Shown one piece after another: positions 13,461 to 27,328 of a stretch of 64,000 bases of DNA (its first letter is position 1; every line of letters starts with the position of its first letter). Source of the DNA: Octopus sinensis (Eukaryota); NCBI RefSeq assembly GCF_006345805.1, contig NC_042997.1, positions 153,388,001-153,452,000 of the forward strand, given 5' to 3'. Both the position numbers and the translations under genes were made by a program. The notes under the pieces were generated by a model. That model had not been told where the DNA came from. It searched no databases and was given only the letters and a program-made list of their open reading frames with translations.

Positions 13461-13888
13461 CGAGCGAAAGGCCTTCCCTTAAAGTTCAAGCTTCATTTTT
13501 TGCTGTTACAATCAGACTTTTTCGGAAACTCCTGTCTCTCATAAATTGAGGTAAGGTAACGTCATCTATTATTTCTCGACATCTGAAGGTTTCAAGCAAC
13601 TTTGTTTTGAACCATTTGTTGCACCTTTGTGCTGGCAGAGTGGTGAGCGCTGCATTTTGTTGGTGGGGTGGGTGGTATTGTATTGTACCAGTTCGTTTTG
13701 TCATGGGCTTTTGTTTGAGTCTTCTGCTGTATTAGTTTTTTATCTTGTGTGTTGTTTATATAGCGCAGGTTGCGTTCTTCTGTTAGCCTTCTATGGCACA
13801 TGTTGTGAGTTTTGTTCATCTTGTTGGGTATTTATAGTATGATTTTATTCTTGTATGATTTTGGAGGGGTGTTGCATAGTAGTGTGTG

Positions 13889-13920
<32 letters not shown>

Positions 13921-14043
13921 AGTGCGTGTGTGTGTGTGTGTGCGTAATTCCTATATCAACTATTTTATAGTATTTATGATTATCCGTCCGCCGTTCTTTT
14001 GCCTGGTTTTGTTATGGGTTCCGCTATAATAATAATAATAATA

Positions 14044-14087
<44 letters not shown>

Positions 14088-14314
14088 CATCATCATCACT
14101 TTCATTATCATCTTCTTTCAATTCTGCTTCCCTTTCTTGTCGAGTGCTTTCCTGATGCCCAAGGCAGAGAAACGCACTGTATACATTTGTAGGCCATTAA
14201 AATACTCACACCAGATTGTTCATTTACAAAGTCAGTGACAAAAAAAGGGGAAGAAAGACAGAGAGAAAAAGAAAAAATATAAATTAAACAAAGAAAATAA
14301 AGGGCAAAAAAGGA

Positions 14315-14690
14315 AAGAAAATTCCCTGCGACAAGACTCTTCTCAATACGTGTGACGTACGAGTTAATACTTTTTTCACTTTCTGCATGGATGTAATCCA
14401 GGGATCACTTTCAAATAATTTTCAGTTCCTTTATTGATCATTTCAAGAGCTCTTACAATCACTGGTATTGTATCTGTCTTGAGGTGCTATTAACCGTCTT
14501 GAGGTGCTCCAACTACTGTGTGGTATTATTAAATGTTGTTTAGTTTTGACTTTTGTCATGTACTTGATATAATCATAAATATGTGAGGGTTGGAGTAGAT
14601 AGAAGGAGAAAGAGAAGCAGCTTGGTGAATAGATAGGTATGTAAATAGGTTCAGTAGTTAGCAAGAAAGAGATCAACAATGGGTCTTCGC
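14315..14690 (-). mobile_element. Old 3' relic of R4/Dong-type LINE
   Basis: Minus strand HLKTDTIPVIVRALEMI and VLTRTSHVLRRVLS resemble the RLE-LINE C-terminus; contains a 13-bp internal duplication (gtcttgaggtgct). Confidence 0.55.
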
Positions 14691-15124
14691 ATTCCTGTGT
14701 GATCAGGAAACAAAAGAAGCGCCATACCCTTGCGATCAGCAGAGGTCAAATATGTTTATTAGTACTGGCGATCAATGAGATCGCTGATCCTGGCCTTGGA
14801 AAGAACCAGTTACCTTATTCTGTTTTTAATTATTGATAGAAAAATAATATATATATATATATACTGACGTTTACATCGTAGAACTTTTGAATTGTTGGAT
14901 TTCTTTTTACTTTTTAAATTTTCCTTATCTTTTTATAGGTTTTGCTGTAGTTTACAGTTTTCGTAATTGTGCAGTTTCTATTTATTGGCAGGTGCTTATC
15001 TCCTTAATTTTTATCGTGCGTTTAATTTGTTGCAATAAAAGGTGTTTACCTATTCGAGTAGTCAAGGATAACAGAAGGGTAAAAATTTTCACAGAGAATT
15101 GTAGATAATAAATTATTATTATTA

Positions 15125-15176
<52 letters not shown>

Positions 15177-15177
15177 G

Positions 15178-17657
15178 CCTTTGCACTATTATTATTGCCT
15201 TTGTACTACGGTGTCAGATGTTCACTACCAGTGAACTAAGATAACACCTCTTATTTTTCGAACACCTTCCGGAGTATTCGAGCAGTTCCAAGCAGTGCTG
15301 TTTTCTGCAAATGCTCCACCCTTATTGCAGCCCCTATTTGTTCCATGTACTTCTCGAGATTTTACTTACTGTTCACAGGTCTCCGACAATTAGTGGTACT
15401 ACTACCACCGTTTTCATCGACCACAACTGCTTTACCTCCCAAGCTAACCTATCGACTTTTCTTTCTTCCTTATCGCATAACTTTTTGTCAGTTAGGCATA
15501 TAATATGTATGATCCAGCATAGTTTGATTTCTTTCTCAGTTAAGACTTTGTCTAGTTTCCTATTCTCTATCTCATGGTCGCACTGAATCAAAAAATCTCA
15601 CAGGATCTTTGCATTATCATTTTTTATGATGCCTTCGGGTTTGTGGTTGTACTCCGTCAAGTCCATACTTGTTGCAAATGCCCAATGGACAAGCCATGCT
15701 ATATTGTGGTGGCGTCTCTTATATTCCTTCTGGGCTAGTAGCGTACATTGGCTGGTAATATGCCATACAGTTTCACCATTTTAGTCCACAGATTCTGCAC
15801 CATTCACTTTCTGATGTGTTGTCTACACTATATTTTATGTAGTTTGTTGTTAGTGTTTGCTCTTGGGCAGCACAGATTAGAGCCTCCGTTTCCGGTTTTA
15901 AATTACTTTTAGTCATTCACAGCCATCTTTTTTCGCTGCCTGTCTCATCTTCAACATCCCTATGAAATTGTCCATGCATTCTTTTGTTTACCCATCTATT
16001 TTCTATTTCGTTCGTTTTCAATTGCTTGTACAGTACTTTATCTTTGCAATCTTTCATCCTACACAAGCCTGACCTTCTTACTTCTAATAATAGTGATACT
16101 GTAACATTGTTACATACCATGATATGTTGTTTTCTTCTGCTCTAATGCCGTGTTCGCATCCGATCAGTCTTCTTCCCCCTCTTTTTCTTGATACATACAA
16201 TCTATCTGTGTTGCTTTTGGATGGAATGTCCCATATCTAGTTAGCAACTTCCTTGTCTTTCTGTCTAAGCTGTTTAGTTCGTCTACTATCCATCCGATTA
16301 CCTCTGCTCCATATCTAAGGAGTGAAACCGCCCAGGTTTTGAAAGCTTCAATCTTATTCCGTCCGTATAATTTCGACTTAAGTATCAGTCTCAGTCTGCG
16401 CAAGTACTTAAATTTTTCTGTTATTTCTTTCTCTATCAATTTATCCATTTCCAAAATCCCCAAGTACTTATAGCCCGTCCCTTCTATTTCATAACCTCCC
16501 CCGACGGTATCGATAGCTCGTCTATACATTTGATTTTGCCTCTCTTCAAGACTAACACACCAAAACTTCTCAGTCCAAATTCCATTCTGATATCAGCACT
16601 GAATTTATACACTGTATCAACGAGGTAACTGACTTGGGCTTCATCTTTACCTTAAAGTTTGAAGTCATCCATGAGTAACAAATGGTTGACTTTCTGTTGG
16701 CGGCTTTTTAATACAAACCCAGTTTTTGCTTTCTTCAGAATCAGTGTTAGTGGGATCAAGCACAGTACAAAGATAAGCGGGGACAGGTAGTCCCCTTGGA
16801 AGATGCCCCTCTTGATTTTTACTGTCCCTAAACCTCTATATGCTGTCAGTTCCGTTCTATTCACCATACTTTTTCCAAGCAATCGCTCAACATTCGATGC
16901 AATACCAAATAGGTTCATACACTCCATTGTCCAAGAGTGTGGGATCATATCGTACGCCTTACGATAGTCGATCCATGACATGGCTAAGTTAGTTTTCTTC
17001 CTCTTGCAGTCTCTAAGTACAGTTTTGTCTATCAGGAGTTGATTCTTGGTACCTCTGCACTTGCGCTTACAACCCTTCCGCTCATGTGGCAGGACTCCAT
17101 TTTTTCCAGATCTTCGTACATTGACTCTGCGAATATTCCAATCAATTTCCGCATAAATGGCAGACAGAATATCGGCCTGTAATTGTCTACCGTATTGTCT
17201 TTTTCGATGTTTTTCAAGCACAGCACTGTCCTACCCAATGTCAACCACTCTGGTGTTAATTGGTCAGCATTTAACAGGGTGTTGAGCTGCGCAGCTATTC
17301 TTGCATGACATTCACCAAATCTTTTAATTCAGTAGTCTTGAACTCCATCTGGCCCCGGGGCCTTCCAGTTGCTCCTCTTTTTGCTGATTTCCTTCACTTC
17401 TCTAACTAAAATGACTAGTTCTGCCTGTTGTGGACAGCCTACTGTTTGCTTCAGTTCTGAAACTATTCAGCATCCTTCTTGTGCTCCTTTTCTTTGCTCC
17501 AGATGTCACTCCCAAACCTTTGATTTCATTGTTATCTGGTATCAACTTTTCATCTGTACACTCTCCATTTATTTCTTTATAGAATCTCTTCTGATCTACT
17601 CTGAATAAACTATTCTGGTGGTAACCCTTCATTCTTTGGTCGTATATTACCATCTTT
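15178..17657 (-). mobile_element. 5'-truncated R4/Dong-type RLE LINE flanked on both sides by (ATT)n
   Basis: [67 protein letters not shown]; (ATT)n at about 15115-15178 and 17658-17710. Confidence 0.92.
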
Positions 17658-17658
17658 G

Positions 17659-17713
<55 letters not shown>

Positions 17714-18700
17714 CCATCATCATTTTTATTTTATTATATATATATTTTGAGAGCTACTTCAAGATTTCTCTATTTTGCATTAGAAATAAAGTAAATACAG
17801 CTTCTCAAACATGCATAAAAGCGTATGTTTCTGGTTGAGAAAGAGGTTTTGGACATTTTCGAACATTAAAAAAATCATTGTATCGTTATTTCTACACTTT
17901 CGAAGTATTCTATCAATGTCCCTTCAGGAATAGTTGCATATATCTCAACCAGTTCAAATGAGATTATAAGATTTCTTCAATGTCATAATGTGTTTATGCA
18001 TTGCCTAAATCAAGGTAATTCTGTTTTTTTGTTCGTTTTTGTTTTTCGTTTTTTTTTTCACCTTGCTGAAAAAATATTAACCTTCTGTATTGTTATTCCG
18101 ATAAGCCCACCTACACTCCTCCAAATTTTTATTCCAGAAATGTTACTATATTCTTTCCCTTTATAAATACACGCAGATTTGTCTGCTTTGGGCATATCCA
18201 ACGTTTCCTTTAATGTTTCTTTTTGTTGGTCTCTATAGATTTAAGCGTACTTTACGTAATGTTGGTGCTCTGTTAAACGGAACTCTTTTACAAAGTGTTA
18301 TCATTATATATTTGTCAGTATGTTGCCTATCATTTATAGCAAACCTATAATTTTGTGAATGCTTCAATTTGTAATCTCCAAATCCTTTATACTGGGATCA
18401 TTCCTGGAATTCATTCTTATTTTCGTTTATTTATTTGTATCAGCTTGATATTTTCTTCCTTTGCGATACGAATATCAATTTTTCCCTCATCGCCATCATT
18501 GTCATTATTATCCTCTACATCAACTTCATCAACCTCATCACCCTCATCATCATCATCATCTGTAGTAGCAGCAGCAGATATCTTATTTTTTGCTTGGGAG
18601 ATCTGTACAATAGACTGAATTACCCAATGTGTTCTTTTATAAAGACAGGAAGATATGATCTTAGAATTTGACTGGTATTTTATGTAATCAGGTAAATGAT

Positions 18701-18752
<52 letters not shown>

Positions 18753-21700
18753 CATCAGCAGCTCACATCATGTTTGATTTTTCAATTTTCTGATTTTCCT
18801 GATAACAACATGAAGTTCTTGCAATGTTTGATAAGAACATGGAAGACACAAACTAAAACTTTCAATTATCTTCCATTTTATTTTTTTAAAACGATTTCTC
18901 GTGTTCTAGTTTATCAACTAAAACGATTAGATTTTTTTTCTCTCTGTTTGTTGTTTATTTTTAATGTTAGACTATCTTTTATATCGAAGTAAAGGATTAT
19001 AGCGAGGAAAAAAGCAAAAAAAAATTAATTACTTTTCCATAATCTTATGAATATGTTGTATATGGTATCAAGAAGTTCACGAGAACAAGTCACCTCGAAC
19101 AAATCATTGCGGATATTTCTCCGCAGCTACAACTCACTTCCAAACAATCAGTACTTACACAGTTCATTGACTATTAAATATTGTATTTTTCTATATATTG
19201 TATTATTAAATATCTGGATGTATCAGTGTGTGAACTAGCTTAATGCAACTTCTCCACAGAAACCGTTTGGTCGATAAATTACATTTTACAATAAAACTAC
19301 ATCGTTACCATAATCATTATTACTATCATCATCATCTACAACCGCTAAATTTTGCTGTGTGGGTAGTTCTTCTTAGCTCACTGGAGATTCAATTGTCAAT
19401 TCAATTCCCTATCTTTTCTGACATCACTGGTGTTTTCTCTTTTTCTTCTGATGGTCATGGCCTCCCACAGCCCTCTCACAACGCAGTGATGCCTATCTCG
19501 TGAGAATAAAAGGGTAAAAATCGATTCTTGTACTTGACTGGTGCTTTATTTAACGGTCACAAAATTCTGAAAACGTTTAACTTCAACAGGATATGAGCGA
19601 AGGGACCAGGAAGAAACACCACTGGGAATTTTATCCAATACTCTAAACACTCTACCAATTCATTATCTATAACAACCATGTAAATGATAAATATTATAAA
19701 TACTAATGAAACAGTGTTTATTTATATTCAATACGTTTGTGTACACGCGAAAGTGTAACGACCTTCGCTGCAGAAACTGTACTGAAGAGAAATTCCCTCA
19801 ATAGGCTAAGAGTGTGAAAACACACTACCATATCAACTGACTGTAAGACACGTATTTGTATGCATTGATATACTTCGTCGACTATAGAAACCGAATCCCT
19901 TCTGCATAGCACAGCAAGAATTGCTGTTTTATATTTAAACGGCAAATAACAAATTTGCTGATGTGTGCAAAGTTTTGTCAAGTTGGAATTAATCCAGTTA
20001 ACGGAAACATTAAGTAGTGATTATTAATACTATGTTCAGTAGTATTTAGCGCTTTCACTGTGGTAACTGTCTCGGGAGGGAATTTCTCCTTATAGACAAT
20101 GCATATGAAGAAAGCATCTAGCATATCGAAGCAGAAATACATGTCCTACATCATTCACAGCCCAGACTATTATGTTTTTACTTGCATTGTCTATAAGAAC
20201 TTCAAACTTCATAGAAACAGTTTTCGTAGCATCGTCTTTCTACATTTGCGTGTACAAAAACATGTTAAATATAGGCGAACACAGCTATCATCGCTGCTTA
20301 GTGTGTATTTAATTAACTAATATAAATACTGATTTCAAACAGATTACAGCAATTGTATTACTTAAGTCGGTACTTGCATTATAACCTTCGGAATGAGAAA
20401 AGTATGAGTTTAAATATTTTTGTCTATTAATATTATAGTTAAATTTTCTTATGTAGCTTTGTTTCCCTACCAACGTTTACTTCTCTAAAGAAAAATGCAC
20501 CTATCGCCGTTATGCTAAATAGTTCCAGCAGCCAAAGGTCGCACTGTAAAAATGTTTCCGTCTTCACAGCGATGAGAAATAACAAATAAGAAGTGACTTT
20601 GCCTAGATGAGTAAGATTTTGAAAAGTTAATCGATCAGCAAATTCAACAAGAGTGACGATGGCGTAACTGGTCGAAACGTCGTAGCCACTGCCAACAGTG
20701 TTCTTCTTTAAGGACAAGGACATGTCTGTGCGTGTGTGTGTGTGGTGTGCATGTGTGTGCGTGTGTATGTATGCATAAACACAAAGAATTTAATGGAAGA
20801 AAATTAAAAACATTGCCAAACATATTTAATGACGAAAAATATTAGTAATTTAACTAACTAAAATGTTATATAAACTTTGAATATGGAAGGGAAAATTTCA
20901 TAAAAAGTTCCCGAAATTAAAGAAAAAGAATATGCCAACGACAATGAAATTTTACTGTAAACTCATATTTTGTAAAAGGTTGCAATTTTCGTACCGTACC
21001 GTAGCTCTAACTTAACCTTAAACCTGTCTCATTTTAAAGCTGTGAGCATCTACAAGAAAGATATAAGTAGGAAAAGAATTCCGGGGGCGTTTAGGGTCGA
21101 GCTAGGAGTAATGATTAGTGTGGGATCTTGGGAATGGGTGATGGACACAGAAATAAGTGGGACTGGAATGCATGAGAAGTATGATTCCGGCAAGCTTCGG
21201 AGAGCAAAGGCCATTACATTTGTACAATCAATAAAGCAAAATGAAGGGACATTGCACCTAAAGCTTAAAACAAAAGACTAAACATTGCATTCATTTCTAA
21301 CATGTACAGTCACAAACTTTAGCTGAATGAGTAGTCCTTTAATTCTATTCTAGAGACAACTATTTTTGAGACGCGCAATAATAAAGGCAAAATTAATTTC
21401 CGCAGTATTTCAAATAAAACATTTAAAGGAATTTAATAAAAGCAAGTCATTTTACCTGCTGTTCTATTATTTTTATTACCCATTGTTCTCTGATAGCTAC
21501 CACCCAAAAACATAAATATGACGTAAACAATAAATCTGAAAGGAAAGTACGTGTTGCTGTGCATAACAGCCTTAAATGTTATCTCAGTTATAGATAGCTT
21601 AGGATTAATTATATACCATATAACAATAGTCAGAATTGACCAGTGATTTTATACAAGTCTCTTCTTGTTTGTTTGTATAACACACTTTCGGAGGCGTCTT

Positions 21701-22811
21701 TACTTTGAATTTTTTATAATTTTCAGGGTGTACATTAAATTAAAATAGAACTCATATTATTCACAGTGGATTGTATGCAGAAAACTTTTACCTGTGACTT
21801 GTAAGATTTCGTTGAGAATGCATGAAAGAACTAGTAGTAGTAGTAGTAGTAGTATAGTAGTAGTAGTAGTACTGGTAGTAGTAGTAGTAGTAATAGTGAT
21901 GGTGGTGGCAGGAAGAGGAGAGGAGGATAACTAAAAGAAAGAAGGGTAGTTTGTTGATTATTGGGGTGTTCATTTTCTTTTCATTTTGAAATTATTAATT
22001 TTTCGAAATGAAGTATCAAAAATAAATAACAACTAGTCGCTGATTTGAAACTCTAAGAACTAACCCCTGACATTTGGAGTTTGTTAAGTGATACAGTGGG
22101 AGATAAATTATGACAATGTATACTTTCGTTGATCTTCTAGTCTTGTTATTTTCTATAAATACAGAAGAGCCCCTGTGATGTATTTTTGGTATTTTTCAGC
22201 ATGTATGTGAACATCAGTTCACATACTTGAGCATGAACGTATGTGTGTGTAGAATTTCTTATTATCATCTTCTCAATTAAGAAATTGGAATTTTATTTAT
22301 AGTTCTATTTTAGGCAAATAATTAGAAATTATGGTAATCATACATTTCCCAAAGTTATTAGCAGGTTAAGTAAATCAATCGTTAATTGAGACCACATTGC
22401 TGTCTTGACTTTCCTAAGGCTTATCAATTTTCCTTGGTTCATATATGATTTATTTCTCACCTGAACATCAGGTCACCTGTTTGGAAGGTGTGGTATAATC
22501 GATTATCTTAATCTAATTATGTTCCTCTTTCACATTATATCATTCGGCACCCACTCTCAACCTGGAAGGATAAAAGGTAATAATTGGCAAGTAAATTCAA
22601 CAAATATCTTACATATGTTCTCTGATTTACTAATGAACTAAATTTGTAAAATTCCATTTAACTTAAGGTCATTCTGTGGGCATTCTATTTGCAGTGGCCG
22701 AGCAACAAAATTTGCTAAGGAGGTGCAAAACCAGGTCCTAATTTTTTTAATGAAAAATGTGGAATGTTCCAATGTTAAAATTTAAATAAATGCAGGTATA
22801 ATAATTTTTAT

Positions 22812-23235
22812 TATGAGGGTCGGCTGAAATGCTCATAATCTGAGCAAGACACTCTCAATGGAATGTGACCAAATGAAGTTCATTTTCTAACACAGTTCCT
22901 CTTACTATCCACACATTTCCATTAGTAGTTGCAGTGCCTGGGTCGCACTGGTGAAGAAGCTTTTCTCATCATAGTGATACTGGTGCTCGGCTGAGTGTTT
23001 TTCTATGTTGGGAAACAGATGATAACGAGGAGGAACCAAATCACTAACATAGGGAGCATGATCAAACAGTTCAAAGCCAGTCACATACAGCAGCCATTAA
23101 AACCAAGGACTTGTGTGCTGAAGCATTGTTCTAATGAGACAAGACCCCATTCATCAGTTTTTCTGGGTGCTTAGTCTTGATAGCCTTTCATAACTACCTT
23201 AGGAAGTTGGTATTGCAATTTTCCATTGATGGTGT
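22812..23235 (-). mobile_element. Mariner 3'-end relic
   Basis: TA+TGAGGGTCGGCTGAAA resembles mariner TIRs; minus strand has a decayed VLFHQDNA-like motif. Confidence 0.55.
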
Positions 23236-23248
23236 GATCGTTTTGAAC

Positions 23249-23918
23249 TATTCGACGAAATATCCCGGAAGTTAGAAAATCATCGGAACTTTCCAGAAAG
23301 TTCCGAGGATTTTCTAACTTCCGGGAAATTTGGTCTAAAACTTCCCGGGGAGTTCCGATGATTTTCTAACTTCCGGGATATTTCGTCGAAAACGTCCTGG
23401 AAAGTTCCGAGGATTTTCTAAATTCAGGGAAAATTGGTCGAAAATTCATGGAAAGTTCCGTGGGTTTTCTAACTTCCGGGATATTTCGTCGAAGCCTTCC
23501 TGGAATGTTCCGAGGATTTTCTAACTTCCGCGAAATTTGGTCGAAAATTTCCTGGAAAGTTCCAAGGATTTTTGAACTTCTTAGATGTTTCGTCGAAAAG
23601 TTTCCTGGAAAGTTCAGAGGATTTTCTAACTTTTGGGGAATTTGGTCGAAAAGTTCCTCGGAACTTTCCGGGAAGTTTTCGACGAAATATCCCGGAAGTT
23701 AGAAAATCCTCGGAACTTTCCAAGAAGTTTTCGACCAAATTTGCCGGAAGTTAAAACATCTTCGAAACTTCCCAGGAAGTTTTCGACCAAATGTCCCGGA
23801 AGTTAGAATATCCTCGGAACTTTCCAGGACGTTTTGAACGAAATATCCCGGAAGTTAGAAAATCCTCAGAACTTTCCAGGAACTTTTCGACCAAATTTCT
23901 CAGAAGCTAGAAAATTTA
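23249..23918. repeat. 52-53 bp minisatellite with two orientation switches (about 1 forward, 7 reverse, 5 forward units)
   Basis: Unit TTTTCGAC(G/C)AAAT(A/T)TCCCGGAAGTTAGAAAATCCTCGGAACTTTCCAGGAAG; inversion centres near 23295 and 23658. Confidence 0.93.
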
Positions 23919-23959
23919 ACTGAAGGTATTTTATCAGTGAATATTCCTTGTAACCCTTC

Positions 23960-24950
23960 AATTTCTTCTATGAGACTGGATGAGTAAGAATATTAAAATT
24001 TAAGCAGTAATTTATACTGCTCAGCACTAGTGTTTTCCCTAACTACCAGTTCCCTTGTCATGAATGTTCGTAGGATGCAGCCTATCATTTTCCTGCATTT
24101 AGTTTGATAATATGGCTGATGGAAAATCCATCATTTGACATGATTACACCTATCTCCTCTATGTCATCAGTGCTCTGAATCATTATGTTACCTTGTGTCA
24201 AATATTGCGATTTGGGTGAATTCGTTTGTAATGAAGAAGCTGAAATTTTGATGTACTAATTTTCGTATTTTTTCTGGTTTAGATCCTAGCCATCGATATT
24301 CTTGTGTAATTCATTCCCTGATGTATACGACGTATTGCAGGTAACTTAGAGAGAAATCCATTTGCAGCAATAGGTTGACTCCTACCATATAGAGAGTTAA
24401 AGAACCATTCTCCGACTTTTCCTGGGATACCAAGATTTCCTAAATTATGGCAGATGATTCCATGATCGGTCTTGTCAAGCGCCTTAACAATATCAAGGTT
24501 TTAACAGTCAATGATCTTTCCCCTTAAGAGATTATTAGAGGTAGTGTTATGATGCTGTAAGAATTGTGACAGGCAACTTCGTTCAGTCGAAACCTATACC
24601 GAGTGTCATCTAAGTTGTTTTTCCTCCAGGTATGTTATTACTTTTTGTCTTCGGACAAGGCATTGGATAATTTTAGACGTGTAAGACGTGAGGGAAACAG
24701 GTCTGTAATTTTTAGCTTCAGCACTGCTATCTCCTTTGTACCTATATAGGTTTTATTATAGCTTCTTTCAATAGTCTCGGGAATATGGCGGTATCTGGCG
24801 ACTTTTAAACAGTACCTATTTTAAAGGGCTTTTATTTTTAGGCTGAGGTCAAATAGTCGAATCCATTCAACCATGTCGTCAGTCTTTATCAACATCAACT
24901 TCAAAGAACTTGAGAGAGGTGACAGACTGAGAGAATACAAGAACCTTCAC
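23960..24950 (-). mobile_element. Old CR1-type LINE RT relic
   Basis: Minus-strand peptides AKNYRPVSLTSYTSKII, RSCLSQFLQH, KALDKTDHGIICHNLGNLGIPGKVGEW, GCILRTFMTR, with many stops. Confidence 0.75.
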
Positions 24951-26284
24951 ACATTTTCAGCATTGCAAGATTTTGGAGTTATTTTTGTCAGAATAGAACT
25001 GTCTTCAAGAATCCAAGTAATGTGATGTATTGAAGAGTAGCCGTAGATGCTGGTCATATTGTTGTTCTTGTTGTTTGCTGCTATTGTTGTTGTTGTCACA
25101 TACTTTTTATTTTGACGCTACTTTGCTTCAGAAGTCATAAATTTCCTTGGGAATTTTAAGCCCAGCTTCATCACTTTTATTTATTTATTTTTGTTCTTTG
25201 TTTTTGCTTTGAAACGAAATTTAGCTTCAAGCATCTTATACAGATAACTTTTTAGACACTATTATCTGAAACTGGTAAAATTATGTAGTGGGTGCGAATT
25301 TTGATTTTGCACCACCTGAAAATTCCAAGGGGTGCATGTGCACCCGCTGCATCCCCTGTTCCCGGGCCCTTGTCTATTTGTCTAGAAATACTATTGTCTA
25401 AATTTCCAACACCAAAGTTAATTGAATATTATGGAATCTGTAATGAATGGTTACATGATTTACTTTAATATTTATTTATTGATATTTACAATTAATCCTA
25501 AATATTTAAATATTCCATCATATTGGTCAATTTATGTTTCTTTTATTCTAATATAAATATTTCTTTAAATAATTACTTCCATTCACACCCTTTCAAATTA
25601 TGATTTTCAACGTGAGTTTGTTTTACCTTCAGAGTAATCTGTTGACCACGATTCTTACTGTGTCATAGAAGCAAATACATACTATAAAATTGGCGAGCGG
25701 ATGAGAAAGCCTCTGTGTCGTCCCTTTACCTTCCAGAAATAGCTTCTAATATCTCTAACATTACACCTTAACATAACAAGATAACAGCAACGAAAATCGT
25801 ATTGGCTAATATATTCTTTGATATGTTTTCGAAACAGACACGGCCAGCAAGGCATCTTTTTAATCAGTTTTGATCTGGTGACTAAACAACAGCAAAACTG
25901 ATACAGTAAATTAAACAAACCGTCTAAAGTTGTAATATATGAATTTCTGTTGTTTATCACACTTTAAGCCGATGACGTTCTCTATCTGCTGATAGCTAAT
26001 GGCTACGTACGAAATAACTCTGACATCTTTTTATCATGCTTCAGCTGTTCATCTGACTCTGCGTTTCTTTTACAATAACTAGTTTGTAAACCTTTCATGT
26101 TTTGTCACCTATAATCCGTTTACACGATTTTTTTCTGTTGAACCATGCGACCTTTTATGACCTATTTTACCACACTTGTAGCATTTTATATACTTAAACA
26201 GACAATTATTTTTAAAATGTAGACCGCTATACCCATAACATGCATTTGGTCTTAATATTTTTTGTTTTGTTTTTTATTCGCTAC

Positions 26285-27328
26285 CGGTCAACAAGCTTGA
26301 ATCTGAGAGAAATCTTACTCTTCAGTTTCATTTGCGGCATGTGGTAAATTAATAATCCTCTGACAAACTTCTGCTACTGCCGTCAGAGTTAAATTTTGGT
26401 CCTGTTCTAATTTTGTTAATATCCGGAACGTATATCTGCATCTTTGCTTGCAAGTAAGCCCTTGAACAAAAATTAAAAACTTGAACAATGTCCAGAGTCA
26501 ACTCATTCAATTTGAATTTCTCACATTCTCTGTTAACCACTCCGGCATAGGTGACAAAATCTTCATCATCTTTTCCGACCAAATTTAAACATTGCCAACA
26601 TGTATTGAACAGGGAATTTCATCGAAACAAATCTCACCTGGCTTCTTTGGCAGAACATAATTACAATATTTTTCGTGTTCGGCAGGGGACAAGTAGGCGT
26701 ACGTTTTTCTCGTCGAACCAACTTTTATACACTTCTTTGAAGATTTCTCCGTATCTCGTATCTACGAAAATATGCAGAAAAGGTAATCCCTTTTCTGGAT
26801 TATAGCTGAATTCTTCAATTGAGTTTGCTACGCTGTCTGGCGAGTACGAACATGAAGTAATTTCAGATTTCTTCAACATTAATTCCAGCAATTGTTGGTT
26901 TTGCTGTTGTTGCTGTTGTACTTGCTGCTGCTGCCGCTGCTGCTGCTGCTGTAACTGCTGCTACAGCTGCTGTAGTTGCTTTTGCAACTGCACCACGGAA
27001 GCCAATAACTTTTTGCATGTTAAAACGATTTCTACTTTGGTTTCGTACCAAAATATTTTAAACGTCCAACACGAGCTTCGAACAACTCGTCACCACTTTT
27101 ATATCCTTGTATTGGATATATAATATAACGAAGCAGCGGGGAGAAAGTATATACACCACACACTACTACAATCACACAAGACGCAACACTTGATATCAAA
27201 GGCTCACAGTGAACTGCTACCAACACAAACTACTGACGACTCGACAATTCTTTATTTTATAAAAGTGAGAGAGTTCACCTTTAGTCACGTGGGGTTGGTC
27301 GGAATCTTTCCACAAAACTATGATAACA
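26285..27328 (-). mobile_element. Ty3/Gypsy LTR retrotransposon 5' remnant: LTR (about 27097-27328), PBS (27086-27095), decayed gag
   Basis: LTR starts TGTTATCA and contains TATAAAATAAA; PBS-like TGGTGACGAG; gag motifs FSYNPEKGL, EDFVTYAGVVNRECEKFKLNELT, RIINLPHAANE match gag of invertebrate Gypsy elements as I recall them. Confidence 0.8.

Larger units (their letters stand above)
22692..25372. mobile_element. Non-autonomous hAT-type DNA transposon carrying captured repeats
   Basis: Perfect 8-bp direct repeat TCTATTTG at 22684-22691 and 25373-25380; termini CAGTGGCC / rc CAAGGGCC; subterminal inverted motif GGAGGTGCAAAA (22719-22730) / TTTTGCACCACC (25305-25316). No hAT transposase seen. Confidence 0.72.

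Noticed and set aside
18417-18755. Acidic ORF DDDDDEGDEVDEVD
   Set aside because: Derived from (CAT)n/(TAG)n microsatellites; no convincing splice or domain support.
20650-20690. Hammerhead-like GTGACGA-T-GGC..GTC-GAAACGTC
   Set aside because: First core base wrong, weak stem II, no stem I; at most a very old relic.
23249-23918. CRISPR-like appearance of the 53-bp array and its ORFs
   Set aside because: No unique spacers, no cas genes, eukaryotic context; ORFs are repeat translations.
25950-26010. ITL*ADDVLYLL resembling an RT YADD motif
   Set aside because: Single short motif with a stop and no flanking RT motifs.
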